Part shown: positions 9,770 through 24,599 of the stretch, piece after piece
Numbering within the stretch: position 1 is the stretch's first letter
Layout: each line of letters begins with the position of its first letter
Source: Gnetum montanum
Lineage: Eukaryota > Plantae > Gnetophyta
DNA length: 64,000 nucleotides
Reading direction: 5' to 3'
NCBI GenBank assembly: GCA_015680685.1
Contig: MNCI01002112.1
Location: 432,932 to 496,931 of the forward strand
The notes under the pieces: model-generated
Told to the model about the DNA's origin: nothing
Databases searched by the model: none
The model's input: only the letters and a program-made list of their open reading frames with translations
Program-made: the position numbers and the translations under genes

Positions 9770-12400
9770 TTTACCTGACCTTCTCAACATTGCTCCCAGC
9801 TAGAGTAACCTTACTCTAGATGGTACTCTAGTAGCATGACCACTTGATTTCTTGAGTATGCAATGAGTCTCTATTTGCTACAAAAGCCTCTATAAACTCT
9901 TTACGATCCTTAAGACTCCTATTCTTATTTGATAACTCTTTAACTTAATTTTCCAAGGCTACAACCCTCTCCCACAGAAACTCATTGGAGCATTAGGTCT
10001 TTCAAGTTGTCTTTGCACAAGACATAGCATAGTTGGTAGCCCCTTCATACAATATTCATGGAACATATTTCCCATTAGATGGTATCTCATGGAGATCATC
10101 AAGGTTGATGTCATGTGTAGGGTTCCATCTAACTTTTGACACTGCAATGGAAACAAAATACAAGAAAAGCAAAAACAAATAAAACATTTAAAAGACCACT
10201 AAAAAAATATAGCCATAAAACATAAAAAACATAAAAATATAGAAACAAAAATTGCAAAGAAAAATGTTCTAAATTTTCTTTCCAACATTAGGGGCTATCT
10301 ACTGTAACCTATCAATCATGTCATCTACTGTTTCTTGCATGAATTCCAACTTGTTTGGGGTCTTTACCTAAGGCTTGGGATGAAATGTACATGTAGATGA
10401 TTTAGGGGGAGACTCATGTATTGCAAAAATCATAACCATCAACATAGTTTGCAACAAAACATATAACCTTTAAAAAAAGAAGTGTAAACAACATAAAAAA
10501 CTTACTAGGAAGATCATGATGCAAGTCTATTGAAGGGTTATCCTTTGTAGGAAAATCATCTAGGATGAAATCCAAGGCATCTAACACTTCCTGAGATGTC
10601 CTTTCCTCTTCTTCCTAGCATTTTTTCTCCTCCTCTATAAAAGTTTGTGCAATCAACACCTATTTCTTTCCTATAACAAATCAACTCCAACAACAAAACA
10701 AGTTAGTAAACATTTCCAGAAACAAAAATATAGTAAAAAAATATGATAAAAGAAAATGATAAATAATTAAAGATGAAAAATATAACAAATATGAATGGAC
10801 CTCCAACATTCTAATTAACTTTTCTAGGCTTGATGGCTAGCTTCTTACATGCGAGCTAGTCAATAATGGAAACATGTTTTTTAACATGTGACTTCTTCAT
10901 CCTTTCTTTGGATGCACATTTAGCTGATGTGTGTATTCTCTTGGCCCTTCCTGAATTACCACATTTAGCATAGGGTTTCACCCCCATGTTGTTAATGGAG
11001 TAACAACATACACCACTAGAATTCTTAGTGATAATTAATAGTGACTTTTCAACCTTTTCCATGAGTGGATCTTGGGCACGTATCATTAGAACAATGTGAT
11101 GGGCTTAATGTTTGAAAAGTTGGAAGACATATTGAGGCATCCATTTTTCATTCCTCCCTACCACTAAGAACTCTAAAAATCATCTAAGATATGCAACAAA
11201 GAATGTGTAATACATATAACATATAGAATTTATGGTGTTATGAAATTTTGGATTTCATCCCATAGACCAATAACTAGAAAGGTAGTTCAATCAAACCTAG
11301 TGTCATTAATTAAGACATTTTTTTATTGTCCAAGCATGCTAAATCCCTATTATTTTCTTCTATGTTAGTAGCATGGGAAATGCCCTAGAATGGAAGAGAG
11401 GGTAGTTCTCATTAGATTCATCAACTTCACACTTACTAAAAGTCAATGCACCATAAGTAGAGGAGTTAAGCCAAGTTTCCATTTCTTCTCTATGGCTCCC
11501 ATCTTTTTCTACTCTAATGGATACCTTAACACTATTAGAGGATATGCCAAATATATTACTAAATATAGATTCATTAATGCTCAAAACCATAGAATAACCA
11601 TGAACACAAATGATGAATTTGGTGATCTTCTCATCAAAAGAATCAACCACATATAACATCTCAACCATAGACACTTATGGACTAGGTAGCATGAATAGGT
11701 TAAAAAAACTTGCATTATTAGTGTTTTGTTGGATAATCATAGGAGCCTTATTTGCCAACCATTCTTACTATGAGTGTACTTTATCCCATTTAAGTTAAAT
11801 TTTCTCCTCAACACGAGTTGAAATGATCACATCGATCGTAGACTCATGTATAGAATTTGTAATACAACATAGGTAGCATGTTAGCCCCTTACATAGTAGA
11901 CAATATGAGACCATAAAAAATTATAAAAAAAACTCAAAGCTCTAAAAAACAAAAAATACCAAAAAGTGTAGACCATGCTTAGACAACTTTTACTTACTAG
12001 ACTTAGGAAAAGCTTAATATTTGGAATGAGCTTGAATAGGTGCTCCTAAGTTTGCATGGGCCCACCATTTATGTGCGTGATTGGTAACTAAATTTATTTC
12101 ATACACATGAGAATACCAGGAATGGTATCTATTGAACTTAGCTTCAAGTTGATCAAGCAGTTTCACCCTCATGATCTAACCTTACCTGAATTCTTTCAAG
12201 GCTATATGAGCCATAGGTAGAGTTTGGTCATTCCTCACTAATCCTTTAAGATGTATCCTATACTTTCAAAAACAAAGCATCAAAACAATTAGAACCAAAC
12301 AAACTTAGATCCAAAAACAAACAAAAATATCAATTTAGAAGTAGACTTATGATTTTTAGCAGGTAGACGATTCTTGGAGGATTTTAAAAATGGATGTTTT
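9770..12400 (-). pseudogene. Degenerate multi-exon TE-associated gene of unknown family (copy A)
   Basis: VVDSFDEK...SHREEMETWLNS...YPLFHSRAFPMLL is homologous to 25240-25570 (+). Coding blocks alternate with T-rich GT..AG intron-like segments on the minus strand. Confidence 0.55.
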
Positions 12401-14539
12401 TCTAGTGGCCTATCATCAAGGTATTTTTAAAATTGTCTTGAGAATACATAGGAATTTCCAAAATTTGGGATAACCATATAACACCTACTGAGTATGAGAT
12501 CTTGTTATACTCTATATCTATCTCAGTGTTAGGATCATTTATTATGAACTACAAGATATAGGAAGAAGATCCTGTCAAGAGGATATATGTTATGAATAAG
12601 GTAACATCCACTACCAAGTATGATCACATCATCACACTATAGTTGTAGAGCAAGTATGACAAGAATTCTCTTACACTAGGTCTAAAACATATTAAAGTAC
12701 TTCTATCAATGCATATATATGGGTTTAGACTCTTTTGTATGGTTGTCCCAGTGCAACATAGAATTCCTACTAGCTCCATAATGATCAAATTGAGCTTTAA
12801 TAATGTCCTATACATAGCCAAACCATACAATCATAGCCATGAAAAACCATAAAAGCCTTAAAAAATTTGATAAAATTAAAGAAAAAATAAACTCTACAAT
12901 GACATCGTTGGTACTAAAAATGCCAAAAATAACTAACTTCATCACTCTAAATCCCAATATGAACCAAATTTTATCCTTGTGACATCTTAAAAAGCACTTA
13001 AGATAAAAATAAAATAGATTGACATTTCAACAAACAATTTACATGTAAGGTTCTAAAACAAGCATTACTATAGATAGTTGATAATAAACTAAGTTCTAAC
13101 AAAACTAGAAGACCAAAATTAAAAACATTAAAACCTCATATATGTTGCAAGGAAAAGTGGTAAAATCATCCACATAGAGCTCATACACTGGGAATTGTGG
13201 GGATGCAAGGGAGAGTGGTGGTGCAAAACATGAATTTTCTTGAATATTAAAGCCTATACACTACCATTAAACCATATTAAAAATCTCAAAATATCCCATA
13301 GCCTACTCCAATAACCTCAAAAAGTATCATACTTTAGCTATAGGATTGGAAAAAAGCATTTTACAATAGTCAAAGAAGCTTGAAACTCATCATTAAAATT
13401 GCAATTGATAAACATAGCTATCATAGTTTGGAAAAGCCTCTGAGAAATTCTAAAAGATTAATTTTAACTCCAAATGTTGAAAATAGGCTTAGGAAAACAC
13501 AAATCAATCTCCAATGCTACATTGGAAAGTTTGAAAAAAGCAAACTTCAACCTAGCAATGCATAGAATTTTATTGAGAAAACCTAGTTTATGGCAAAATG
13601 ACTGAAGTCAAACCTTTGGGAAAACATTTTAAAAAATTCTAAAAATTTCAAAATTTATCTAGGACATCTCTACATTACACTAGTGATCTACAATGATCCA
13701 TGACACTTCTCATAGGTGATCAAAAATATGTAGATGCTACTAGTTTTTTTTAATAGAAAAAATGTTAATGTTTGACCAAATTTGACTAGAACTATGAAAA
13801 AAGTTTTATAAAAATATTTGGAGAAAACCAAAATATTTTGTAAAACATGTCCTAAAACTTGAATTTTATTTAAATCACAATTGTATAGCCTAAACCTTGC
13901 ATTCGGTGTACATAGAGTGAAAAATTTCAATAAGAGAAAGCATAGGGATAGAAAAACATTTCCATAATTTAAACAAAAATTAGAAAGAATGATAGGAGAT
14001 GTGTACCTAGAAATTCTTGATGAAGATCATTTACCTATACAAGCATCTAGGAGCCTAGATATGATTCATAAAACATCATATATATCATCAAATATTTGAT
14101 TCCACCTTGTTGATTCCATCTTCCTCATCATAATTGTTGAAACTTGAGTAGTTTTGTCTTAGCCTATTGATGATAGAAGCCCAAATTCTCACCTTTGATA
14201 CAACCACACTATGCTTTTGGATGGGTATATATAAGAATTACTATTAAGTATTGGCTGTTTGGGTATTGACAATCAAATCAAGCTCTGATACATTACCCTT
14301 GAAAAACTAAGCTAGAGATACGTTCATATGATGGTTTTTGGTGTTGAGAATCCTCTCCAAATACTTATTCACTACCAATGTAACCTCTATACACTAGTAA
14401 ATTAATTCACCCTAATGTGGACAAAATATTGATCAAGAAATAGGCCTTGTATACTAAGTTTTTCCTAAGAGTTGACTTCTCATGGCTGAACATGGATGGG
14501 GACCATTGGACTTGGGCAAGAAAACCAAGCAATTCCACA

Positions 14540-15790
14540 TGCTAGGATATATCCCCAAGATGTCAACATGCTATGGAATCCTACTCCACACACTGTGGCA
14601 ATGCATGGGATAACATGTGTAGCTTGCAGTATCCTTCCTTCTTACCAAACTTATCCATACATTTCATGGTGGGACTTGGAAGGCCTAGGAAAAATTAGAA
14701 AAATTCCAATATATAAAATGCATTCAAAATTACTAAAGATGGAAGCATAGATGTTTACATGATAGGATTTCACCTTCCACACACTATGGCACCATGTGGG
14801 GTAGCTTGTGAAGCCCCCCAAAAAATCTTAATTTCATCAATAGAGGCCATTCATAAGTCAAACTTTTTAAACAAGTTGCAAAAATTCTCTCATAGCCCTA
14901 ATGCTACCTTAGCAGCTTGAAGAGACTATAAATGGAGTCCAAATCCATTAAATTAACATGGGTATATTTCACATACTAAAGAACCTATTCCACGTACTAT
15001 GGTAGCGTGTGGAGTAGCATGTGAGTCTTTCACTACTAAACAACAAGCCAAAATTTCTCATTAGATGTTTGGTAGACACTATAAGACCCAGAATGATAAG
15101 TTTAGCAAAAATGACTTATGCAAGATATTGGAGTTGGATCTTAGTCTCACACATTAGGCACACATGTTCCACATGCTATGGAAACATGTGGGGTAGTGTG
15201 TAAGGTCTTGGAAACTTCTAAATGTGCTTAGCACACATCAAACGTTTTTCAAGATGGTCAAAAAATCTATAGATTTTCTCATATACCTTGGATTCTACCA
15301 TGAAACACTAGAAACTTGGTCAAAAACACTTGTAAACTATCAAATCTCATTTCACACATTAGAAATTCTATCCCACATGATGTGGTAGCATATGGGATGG
15401 TTTATGGAAAGATACACCATGATTAGTATTGCCCATAAGTTGTTTGTTATGTCCCAAAAGCATTGGGATGGAAGGTTGACCAAAGATTTGACCCTTACAA
15501 GCTACAAAAACTAGGTCTTCATCCCACATGAGGGGGCACATTGTCCTACAAGTTATGGAAATGTATGAGGTAGTGTGTGGGGATTTAACAAGCTAAAACC
15601 TTGTGCAAACTTTCTTATGTATAGCTTAGAATAGTTGAACAAGCATCACACCAGTGCTACGTAGCCTAAATGTGGTCAAATCAAGTTATATAAGTCCCAA
15701 ATTTGGAGATTATTCTTTACACACTAGGGATTTAGGTCCCACACATTGTGATGGTAATCTAGACTACCCACACACTATGAAAATAGTGCC
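14540..15790. repeat. Dispersed array of decayed palindromic motifs (approx. CCCACACGCTACGGTAGCGTGTGGG)
   Basis: For example CACGTACTATGGTAGCGTGTGG at 14991, TCCCACATGATGTGGTAGCATATGGGA at 15371, CCACACACTATGGCACCATGTGGGG at ~14778. Confidence 0.6.
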
Positions 15791-16217
15791 AATACACTAA
15801 GAATTTAATATTTTGGCTCTTTTAATTATTTAACCAATAAAAATCCCTTTTTCAAGTTGTTTACAACTAGTTTACATGAGTTTTTTTTTGCCTAATTTAA
15901 TTATTTTATTAAATTTCATTTATTCTAATATTTTAACCAATATTTTTCCTTATTTTCACAATATTTCTACTTGTTTTAACAATTTATAGCCTTTTTTACA
16001 AGATTTTTTCCTATTTTAGTAGTTTATGGCTTGTATTTTCTGAATTTTAACTTATCTTGATAACTTATAGCCTATCTTTTGTAAGTTTTACCTTATTTTA
16101 ACTATAAAATCAACTAAAAAACTAAATATTACCATTTTTGACCATTTTAAATCATTTTAAACCATATTTAACTATGTTTGACCATGTTAGCCATGTTCAA
16201 CCCCTTTCTACACTAGA

Positions 16218-16500
16218 TATCATTTGACATCATCTGGTATCATTTGACATCATTTGGTATCATTTGGCCATCATTTGGTGTCATTCAACACCATTTGACA
16301 TCATTTCTGATCATTTTGACAACATTTAATGTTATTTAGCATCAATTTGATACATTTTACATCAGTTTGACTTCATGTTATGTCATTTAACATCATTTTG
16401 CCAACATTTGACATTGTTTGATATCATTTGATGTCATTTGTTAGTACTAAGGTCTCATTCAATCTTGTTTGACATCATTTTGCATGATTTTGATCTTCAT
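16218..16500 (+). repeat. Degenerate 10-bp tandem repeat (CATTTGACAT)n
   Basis: CATTTGACAT CATCTGGTAT CATTTGACAT CATTTGGTAT..., over 20 decayed units. Confidence 0.85.
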
Positions 16501-17077
16501 TTAATCCTTATTTAGTATAATTTAACATCATGTAGCCTTGATTCCACCTTGTGATGCCATAATCTACCTCCCTTTTCCTTAATCCACCATGTTATGACCT
16601 CACTTAAGCCTTTTTTTTTTGTCTTGTTCCACTTCATGTTAGCCCTATTCGACTATGTTATGCTTCATTATTGCAATATTTTGCATTACTTTAACTTTTT
16701 TTTAATAATTATGCAATACATATGGTAGTTAAAGAGCTTTTATTGACATGTAGGACTGAATCATGAATACATGGGCACAACTTGAACTACCTTTGAGCGT
16801 GAATGGATCATATGGTGATGTCAAACAAAAAATTGACCTAGAATGCCTAGATCTCAAGCCTGGGAGCCTATTTGATCATATAGCCTCAATAGAAAAGTCC
16901 ATAGAATGGCCTGGATACATAGTCAAAACTCTTGATTTAGAGCCTGAAGACATTATAGAAGACTCTCTAGTTGGAATTCCCATTACAATCCATTATGATG
17001 AGGAAAAAATGCTAAAATTAAGTTCCTCACTAGAACCCAAGATCGTTGGTGTAAGAACACCTCTTCCAATTCCCTTG

Positions 17078-20000
17078 TGATTGTCTTACAAGTTTTTTTT
17101 GCAGGTTTTTACACTTGGAGAAGACCTATATGTGTGTGTCTTATTTTTGTGTTGATTTTTATGATAAATATTTTTGGATGTTTTGGTGTGTTTAGAGGTG
17201 TTTTTGGCTTATTTTGATGAGTTTAGGAGGTTTTAGGATCTATGGGAAATTTTGGGAAGGCATCCAGAGGCTTCCAACATCAAAATGAGAACTTTTATTT
17301 TTGGCACTTTACAAGAGATGTCTTCCTAGAAATAAATATGTTTTTCCAAAGATGTATCCCCTAAAGTGAAGATGTCTCTAGCATAGAGAATACAACTTCC
17401 AAAAATAGTAGACATCTCTCTTGAGAACATGGCTTTTACAGAAAAAATCTCCCTAGAAAGATAGAAGTTATTCCAAAGAGTATAGATGTCTATATTGTAG
17501 AAAAGACATCTTTCAAAAATAGTAGATGTCTCTTTTGAGAATAGAGTTCTCACAGAAGATGTTTACATAAAAGAAGAGACATCTATTTCTGCAAAGAAGA
17601 AAAGCTTTGACATGACATTTTGATTAGGAAACATCCAAAAAACTCCAAATTCATGTGGGAAGCATCTAGGTAGGGAAATAAAAAGCTTCCTATGGTTTTG
17701 AATCTTTATGATTATGTATTCCATCATCCATGAGAAGGAGGAGAGTTTTTATGTAAGGCAAACTAGGAAAAAGAGATTGGGTGAACACATTAGGTGAGTG
17801 AAATAGGTTATTGTAGCTCCAAGGTTGGCTTCTGGTGTGTTGATCTATGTGTTCTATTCTATTGTACCTCACTTGTGAGTTGAGATCTTAGTCCCAAGTT
17901 TTGGGAGATATTTCTATTGGTTGTGTTTTACATTAAGAGAAACCATTGTATGATTATAGAGCCTCATGCTCTACAATATTGTTTAAGTGTGATAGGTTTT
18001 TGGATGCTTTTGGGTTGTGTGAACCTTATTGTAATCCTCAAATAATTTAATTGAAGATAGCTAGTTTTCTTATTTTCTAGCAAAAAAATTTATCTTTTCA
18101 TAATATCTGGATTTAGTGCTTTGAAAGTGATTTAATTATGGAGTGAACCTACTCTATCATTATTGGTATCAAAGCCTAGTTTTATTGTTTCTTGGATTTT
18201 GGTTGAAGATTCTATCAATTTTAGATGGCAACCCAAAAGCAACAAGTGCAAGCTCTAAATCATGACATAGAGAGCATGAAGTTAGCCTTCTAGATGATGG
18301 TTGCTTGATTGGATGAAATCAACATGAAGATGGATAGATAAGCTAGTGCTAGCCATATCCAAACACATGGAGGTGAAGAGCCTATATGTTTAGATGAAGA
18401 AGTTTCATAACCAAGTCAAGAAGGAGTAGATGAAGAGGAAGGTCAATCCAGCTATGGGAGTGTAGGAAATCATTAGCTGATCAAAATTTAAGTGCTACAG
18501 TGTGGAGAATGGGAACATAAGTAATGGAAATGTTTGCTTCACAAGGTAGCCAAGGGAAAAGATGTGCAAACCATGGAGGTGGAGGAGACATAAAACCAAG
18601 CTCTTAAGAGAGGTAATTCTAATGCTCCAAAAATTGAGAATGTTTTTGAATAAAAATCTTGTGCATTCATAGGGAATCTAAATAAAGGAGATCATCCTAA
18701 TAGAAGATTGTTGTTTTGAATTAGGGCTAGTTGTTTTCTTAGTGGGGAATGGATTCATGTTTTAATTGATGGGGGAGCCCAACAAAATTTTATTTATTCA
18801 AAGGTAGTTACTAAATTGGGTTTGGAAAATCATCCTCATTCAAGACCCTATAAGGTGCATTGGTTATTTAAATATTTTTTCCAAGAGATGAGGGAATGTA
18901 CTTTGAAATTTAAAATTAAAATTTTTCATGATGTTATGAGGTGCGATGTGCTTCCAATAGACTTTGCTGATGTAATTCTTAGTAGAACTTGCAATTTTGA
19001 CAATGGTGCTTAGTTTGATGAAGTAAGAAATGTGTGGAGTGTTGTTAGAATCGATGGAGTCCATGATTTGATTCTTATGATAGCTGAACAAGTGAGGTAG
19101 AAAAGCTCACTTAATGCTTTCTTAATCCTTCTAGGAGAGAGGAAAAATATTAAGGAACATGATGAAACTAGTTTTGGTTTTGTTGTTATGAAAACAGTTG
19201 CTACTAACCATGATGTTGTGTAGGTTAAAATTCCTACAGGTGTGCTAGGCTTGAAGGAGAAATCTTCCAAGGTATTTAAGGGGCAATTAGATGGACTACC
19301 ATTGATGAGAAATGTACACCATTAGATTGACATCATTCCTAGTGTTATCATTCCAAATGAGAAAGCTTATTGGATAGCAACAAATCAAAGGGATGAATTG
19401 CAAAGGTAAATAGAGGGGTTACTTGCAAATGGCTTTGTGACAAAATCCATTTACCTTGTGAAATTCTAGTAGTTTTAGTACCAAAGAAGGAAAATAATGA
19501 ATGGAGGATGGAAATGGATTCCAGGACAATGAATAGGATAATAGTAAGATACAAGTTTCCTATTCCAAGGATGGATGATATCCTTAATGCCCTTACAAAT
19601 GTTGAAATTTTTAGCAAAAATGACTTGAAGAATGGGTACCATCAAATTAGAAGTAGACCTATTAATGAGTGGAATATAGCTTTCAAAACATTAAATGGAT
19701 TGTTTGAGTTGTTGGTGATGCCATCTGGGCTCATGAATGCACTTTCTACATTCATGAGGTTGATGCATGATGTATTGAAGGACTTGATTGGTAAGTGATG
19801 TACTTTTTTTTTGATGATATTTTGGTGTATAGCTCTAATGAGGAAGAGCACTTGAATCACTTGAGGATGATGTGCCTTAATTTGGAGGAGGCATAGTTGG
19901 TGATCAGTGTGAAGAAATTTCTTCAAGAGGGAAATCACATATTTAGGACATGTGGTTTCTAAAAATTAGATTCAAATGGAAGCTACCAAGGTGAAGACTA

Positions 20001-21740
20001 TAATGGATTGGCCAACCCTAAGAATGTTGGATAGGTAAGATCATTCCTTGGTTTAGTAGGTTTTTATAAATGGTTCATAAAAACTTTTAATACCATTTCA
20101 TGATCTATGTTGGCTTTGTTGAAGAAAAATGAAAAATTTAGATGTGATAATGAAACCCAAGGGGGCTTTGACTTGTTAAAAGAAAAAATTACCAGTGAAC
20201 TAGTACTTGAAATTCTAGATTTTTAGAAGGTTTTTCATGTGGAGGTGGATGCAAGTGGACTTGCCATTGGTGGGGTACTTTTACAAGAAGGTAGGCTTGT
20301 TTCTTTATTTTCTAAAAAATTGAATAATTCAAGGCAATAATATAGTGTATATAATAAGAAGGGGTTGTACGTGATTCTTTAAGAAATTAAGCATTGGAGG
20401 CATTACTTGTTGTCCTAAGAATTCACTTTGATGATGAACAACAAAGTACTTCAATTTCTAAATTTAGAAAAGAAGTTGAGTGCAAAGCACATGAAGTAGG
20501 TTGCACAGTTACAAGAGTTCAATTTTTTGTTAAAGTAAAAAAGTGGAAAAGCTAATGTGGTAGCTGATGCATTATCCAGGGTGCATGTTGCAAATTTTTG
20601 CATACCTCATGTGGAAGGTATGGATGATTTTACTTCTTTATATGACCATGATGCTAATTTTGGATAGGTTTCGAGGAGCCTCAAAGAGCTATTGATGAAT
20701 AGGATAGACCAATTGAGGGACTATCATATTCAAGATGAACTATTATTTAATAATGAAAAGGAATGTGTTCCTAATTGTGATTTTAGAAAAAAATATTTTC
20801 CGTGAAAAGCATTGTAGTGGCATGGTAAGTCACATGGGTAGGGATAAAACATTGGAACTTGTGGGTCAACACTATTTTTTGCCTAGTATGGCAATAGAAG
20901 TCTCTAAATTTGTGAAGGATTTCTTGACATGTCAGAAGTTCAAAGGAGGTAAAGGTGTGAATGGACACTATATGCCTTTGCCAATTCCAAATGGTCCATG
21001 GGAAAGTGTGTCAATGGACTTTGTGAGTGGTATTCTAAAGACCAAGAGTGGGAATGGTGCAATTTTTGTTTGGTGAATAGGTTCTATAAGATGACACATT
21101 TTATTCTATGCAAGAAGGTGAGTGATGCCTCTCATATTGCAAATTTATTTTTCCAACATGTTGTGAAGTTGCATGGTATTCCTTTGAATATTGTTAGTGA
21201 CAAAGACTCCAATTTTACAAGTCATTTTTTGAGGTTCCTTTGGAAGATTTTAAGGACCAAGTTAAATTTTTTAGTGCATATCATCCACAATCTAATGATC
21301 AAATGGAGGCAGTGAATAAATCTTTGTTAAACATATTAAGATGTTTGTGTGATGGATAGCCAAATAGGTGGAAAAACTTGTTTTGTCATGTTGAACTTTC
21401 ATATAATAATTCTTTTCATGTTTCAGTTGGAAAAATCCCATTTGAGGAGAAGTATGGGTTTTGTCCAAAGATGGTGGATACTTTAAGGAGCTTTAATGGT
21501 GAAGCTCAACTTAGTTATGATTTTGTGTAAGAGATGAAGGATCTCCATGCACAAGTAAAATAAAATCTTAAGAATAAGGCTAAACATATAGTTCTTAAGA
21601 TGAATGAGAATAAGTGGAAGCCTAATTTTGCTATTGGTAACTTGGATTGGATGTAGTTGAAGAAGAAGTGGTTGAGAGCTGTTAACTTCTCCAAATATAA
21701 AAATAAGAAGATGGGGCCTTTTAAAATCAAGGCTAAAATT
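17078..21740 (+). mobile_element. Degenerate chromovirus-like (CRM-like) Ty3/gypsy element: 5' LTR, gag-pol, 3' end missing
   Basis: LTR ~17078-18162. PBS TGGTATCAAAGC at 18164. Zinc knuckle KCYSCGEWEH..WKC ~18490; protease LIDGGAQQNF ~18765; RT YKFPIPRMDD/DLKNGYHQIR; RNase H EVDASGLAIGGVL; integrase [11 protein letters not shown]; GPF motif ~21715. Confidence 0.88.
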
Positions 21741-22158
21741 ATGTACTCCTTTGCATCACAATGGATCATCTCATACTCTTATTTTTCATCCACTTCCATT
21801 CTAGGAGAGAGCATGCTAGCCTAAATTTTAGCACAAACAAAGTGGTAATGATCTTCATTTATCACTAAAATTTCTAGGCCTTCTCCCCTAAGCGTAAGTG
21901 ATTGCCTACACTTAGCTATAGTGGGATCTTTCAGGTCATAAACCCTTATAGCCTATTGGTTAGATGCTATGTTGGTAATGTTAAGAGGAAAAATGATTAA
22001 TTGGCTAAATGACATGTTGATAACATTTGAAATTCACCTAATAAAAATGTTTAATTAACTAGTAAAATAAAAATTCTAGCAAATGGATCATTTAAAACAT
22101 AAAAGGGGGATCGTTATAAAAGTTTTGTACACTGCAACTCTAAAAATAGAATGTAGGT

Positions 22159-22907
22159 TGTAGTGAAAAGGGGTACACCCTTTACTTAGAAAAAAAATAC
22201 AAGGATTTTGTGTCAAACCCCCAGCACACTAGTTCTACCAATAGTACCCATGTTGGAGATGGATGGAAAGAAGGGGGATAAGATATAAAATCTTACATAT
22301 CTCTTTACAATGTTGGGATCTTTCCCCTTTTGCAAGATTGATGGTTGTTTCCAAGAATCAAGGTGAAATTTTTTTTCAAATTTTTGTTGGTCTTGGTGGA
22401 ACACCAACTTTGGCCTTGCTATGAAATTTTCATAGTGGAGGAGTATAAGGTTTTGGTTGATTGAGTCACCAATGTTGGCCTTGCTAGAAAAGTTTTGCAA
22501 TAGAAGAGATGAAGGTTTTGTAGAACACCAATGCTTGTCTAAAATTTCTAGCAATTGCTTTGAAAATTTTTCTAAAACCCAAATCATTGCAACCTCCACA
22601 TTGCGTTTTGGTGGGAGGGGGATGTTTCTTTTGATAGAAAAAATATTATTAAAGTTAGATAATTTTTGGGTATAAATTCAAGGTTTTTCACTTGGAAATA
22701 TCTTTGTCATAGTGGCCAATAAGATTGGATGCAAAACATGAGTAGAGGCCCTCCATCTAGTGCTAGAAAATTATAGCAATTGGAAAATTCGATTGTTGGA
22801 AAATCAAAGATTCTAGGTAGAAAAACTTTAACCTCAAATCCCAAGGGCCTCTTAAAAAAGGATCCCAGGTATCCTTGATGGTCTTGCCACTCATCTAGGG
22901 ACTTACA
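22159..22907 (-). mobile_element. Old Ogre/Tat-like LTR, probably solo
   Basis: Minus strand starts TGTAAGTCCCTAG and ends TTTCACTACA. Terminal ~200 bp is loosely similar to 40640-40880. Confidence 0.55.
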
Positions 22908-24599
22908 AAGTGTAAACAAGGGTAATAAAATAAAAATGCTATGTAGATTTAAAAAATAAATCCACACTAACTTACACAACATATAAAATTGTAAACTTTA
23001 TTATGATAAAAATAAGGAGAGTTCAAAAATTTTTTCATGGGGTGCCTAAGGAAGAAATGGGATCAGTTCATTATGGATTTAGAGATTATTAAAGCTATTA
23101 GCCTTGAATTCTATTGTCAACTCCATAGTCTAGATGCCCCACAACTCCCAAAATTGTAAAACCTTACTGTACTCCTCACCCGATCTATAGCATTGGTGGT
23201 GCATGCAAGTAAGATGTTTGTAGGTTTTAAGCCATGTTAGGAGTATCAATGCATAGGTTTCTTAATGTTTTTGCAATATCTCACACAATATCAGGGGTGT
23301 AACAATGGTCACAATGGCTATGGCTTCCATGCTGAAAACTACTCCAAAAGCTTTTTATTTCTAAGGGATTCTCAAAGGTATGGGATTCAAAATGGTGGAA
23401 CCCTTTTATGGTGTTCAAGCTTGGTTTATATAGGTTTCATGATCATAATTTATGCTACACATTTCTATCCTAATTTTTGAGAGAATAATGTCACATGTAG
23501 GTGTTGCATGTGTTCGAATCCAGCATGGTTTACCATACTGAAACTCCAAATCAAAGCCCATATAGACCTATCTCTTCTCAATTAACATTCCAAAACCACT
23601 AGATGCTTATTTTTTAGGTTTATCTTTAAATATTGAATATTGGAAAAGGTTGCATGCTTTTACCCATCTTTAAACCTTCCTCTTAGATCTTATTCGACCC
23701 TCTGAGATCCTGCTTTCTAAGATGAGCATTGAGGTTATAGTTTTTAGGCAATGATCCTTGTAACTTTGTTTACTAGGTTACTAGCCACTCTAGTTAGCAG
23801 AAATAGTAAATAGGAATTTTACGCATGTTGGACTTCTAGGAGCAACATTGAGCCTAGAAGAGGCACACTAGGTTTCATGGGTAATGTTTGGTTGCATGAG
23901 CAATGATGGAGTGCAAGATCAACACTAAGGTTGCTGGGGCCATGCTAGAGCTATAGGTGCCACATTGAAGCTTCTAGAGCGATGCTGAGATTGTTGGATG
24001 AATGTTGAGCATGCTTAACTCTAGGAGAAACCTTGGGGTCGTATGAGCCATGCTAAGGCTACAAGAGTTAAATTCCCCAAGGTTTAGCATAAGTGACTCC
24101 AACGTAGCAAAGGTTATACCCCACCACAAAAACCATGAAAATGCCAATTTTGGTAGTCTAAATGGAATTTTTGAGCACCCAAGACAAAATATAGGCACTT
24201 TTATCACTTAGGTATGAAGGCTATGACCACTTATGAGGCATTTTATAGCCCTAAAAATTAAGGTATGTGAAATTGCATCTCTTGGATTATAATCTTTACA
24301 TTTTACAATAAAGTTCTTTCCTTGGATTTCATGGGGTGAAAGTGACAATGTCAAAAGGTTAAAACATGTAGTTTCTTGGTGGTATTTTAGCAAGTTATCC
24401 TAGATTTGGGACATACCTATGTTCACTCTATATAATGTCAACAACACCTTAATGGTAGACCATCAGATCAACAATTTGTTTTTGAATCCTCTTAGCACCT
24501 TCTACCTTTTGCAAGTGTAAGTGTCATCTTAAGTTTTTATGTTGTTCCTCTTTTTTTTTTGTTAGGATATTTTCTTGAATGGTTTGTATGTTCACATGT

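Noticed and set aside
14540-16500. CRISPR-like array
   Set aside because: Repeats are degenerate and irregularly spaced in a eukaryotic TE context, with no cas genes.
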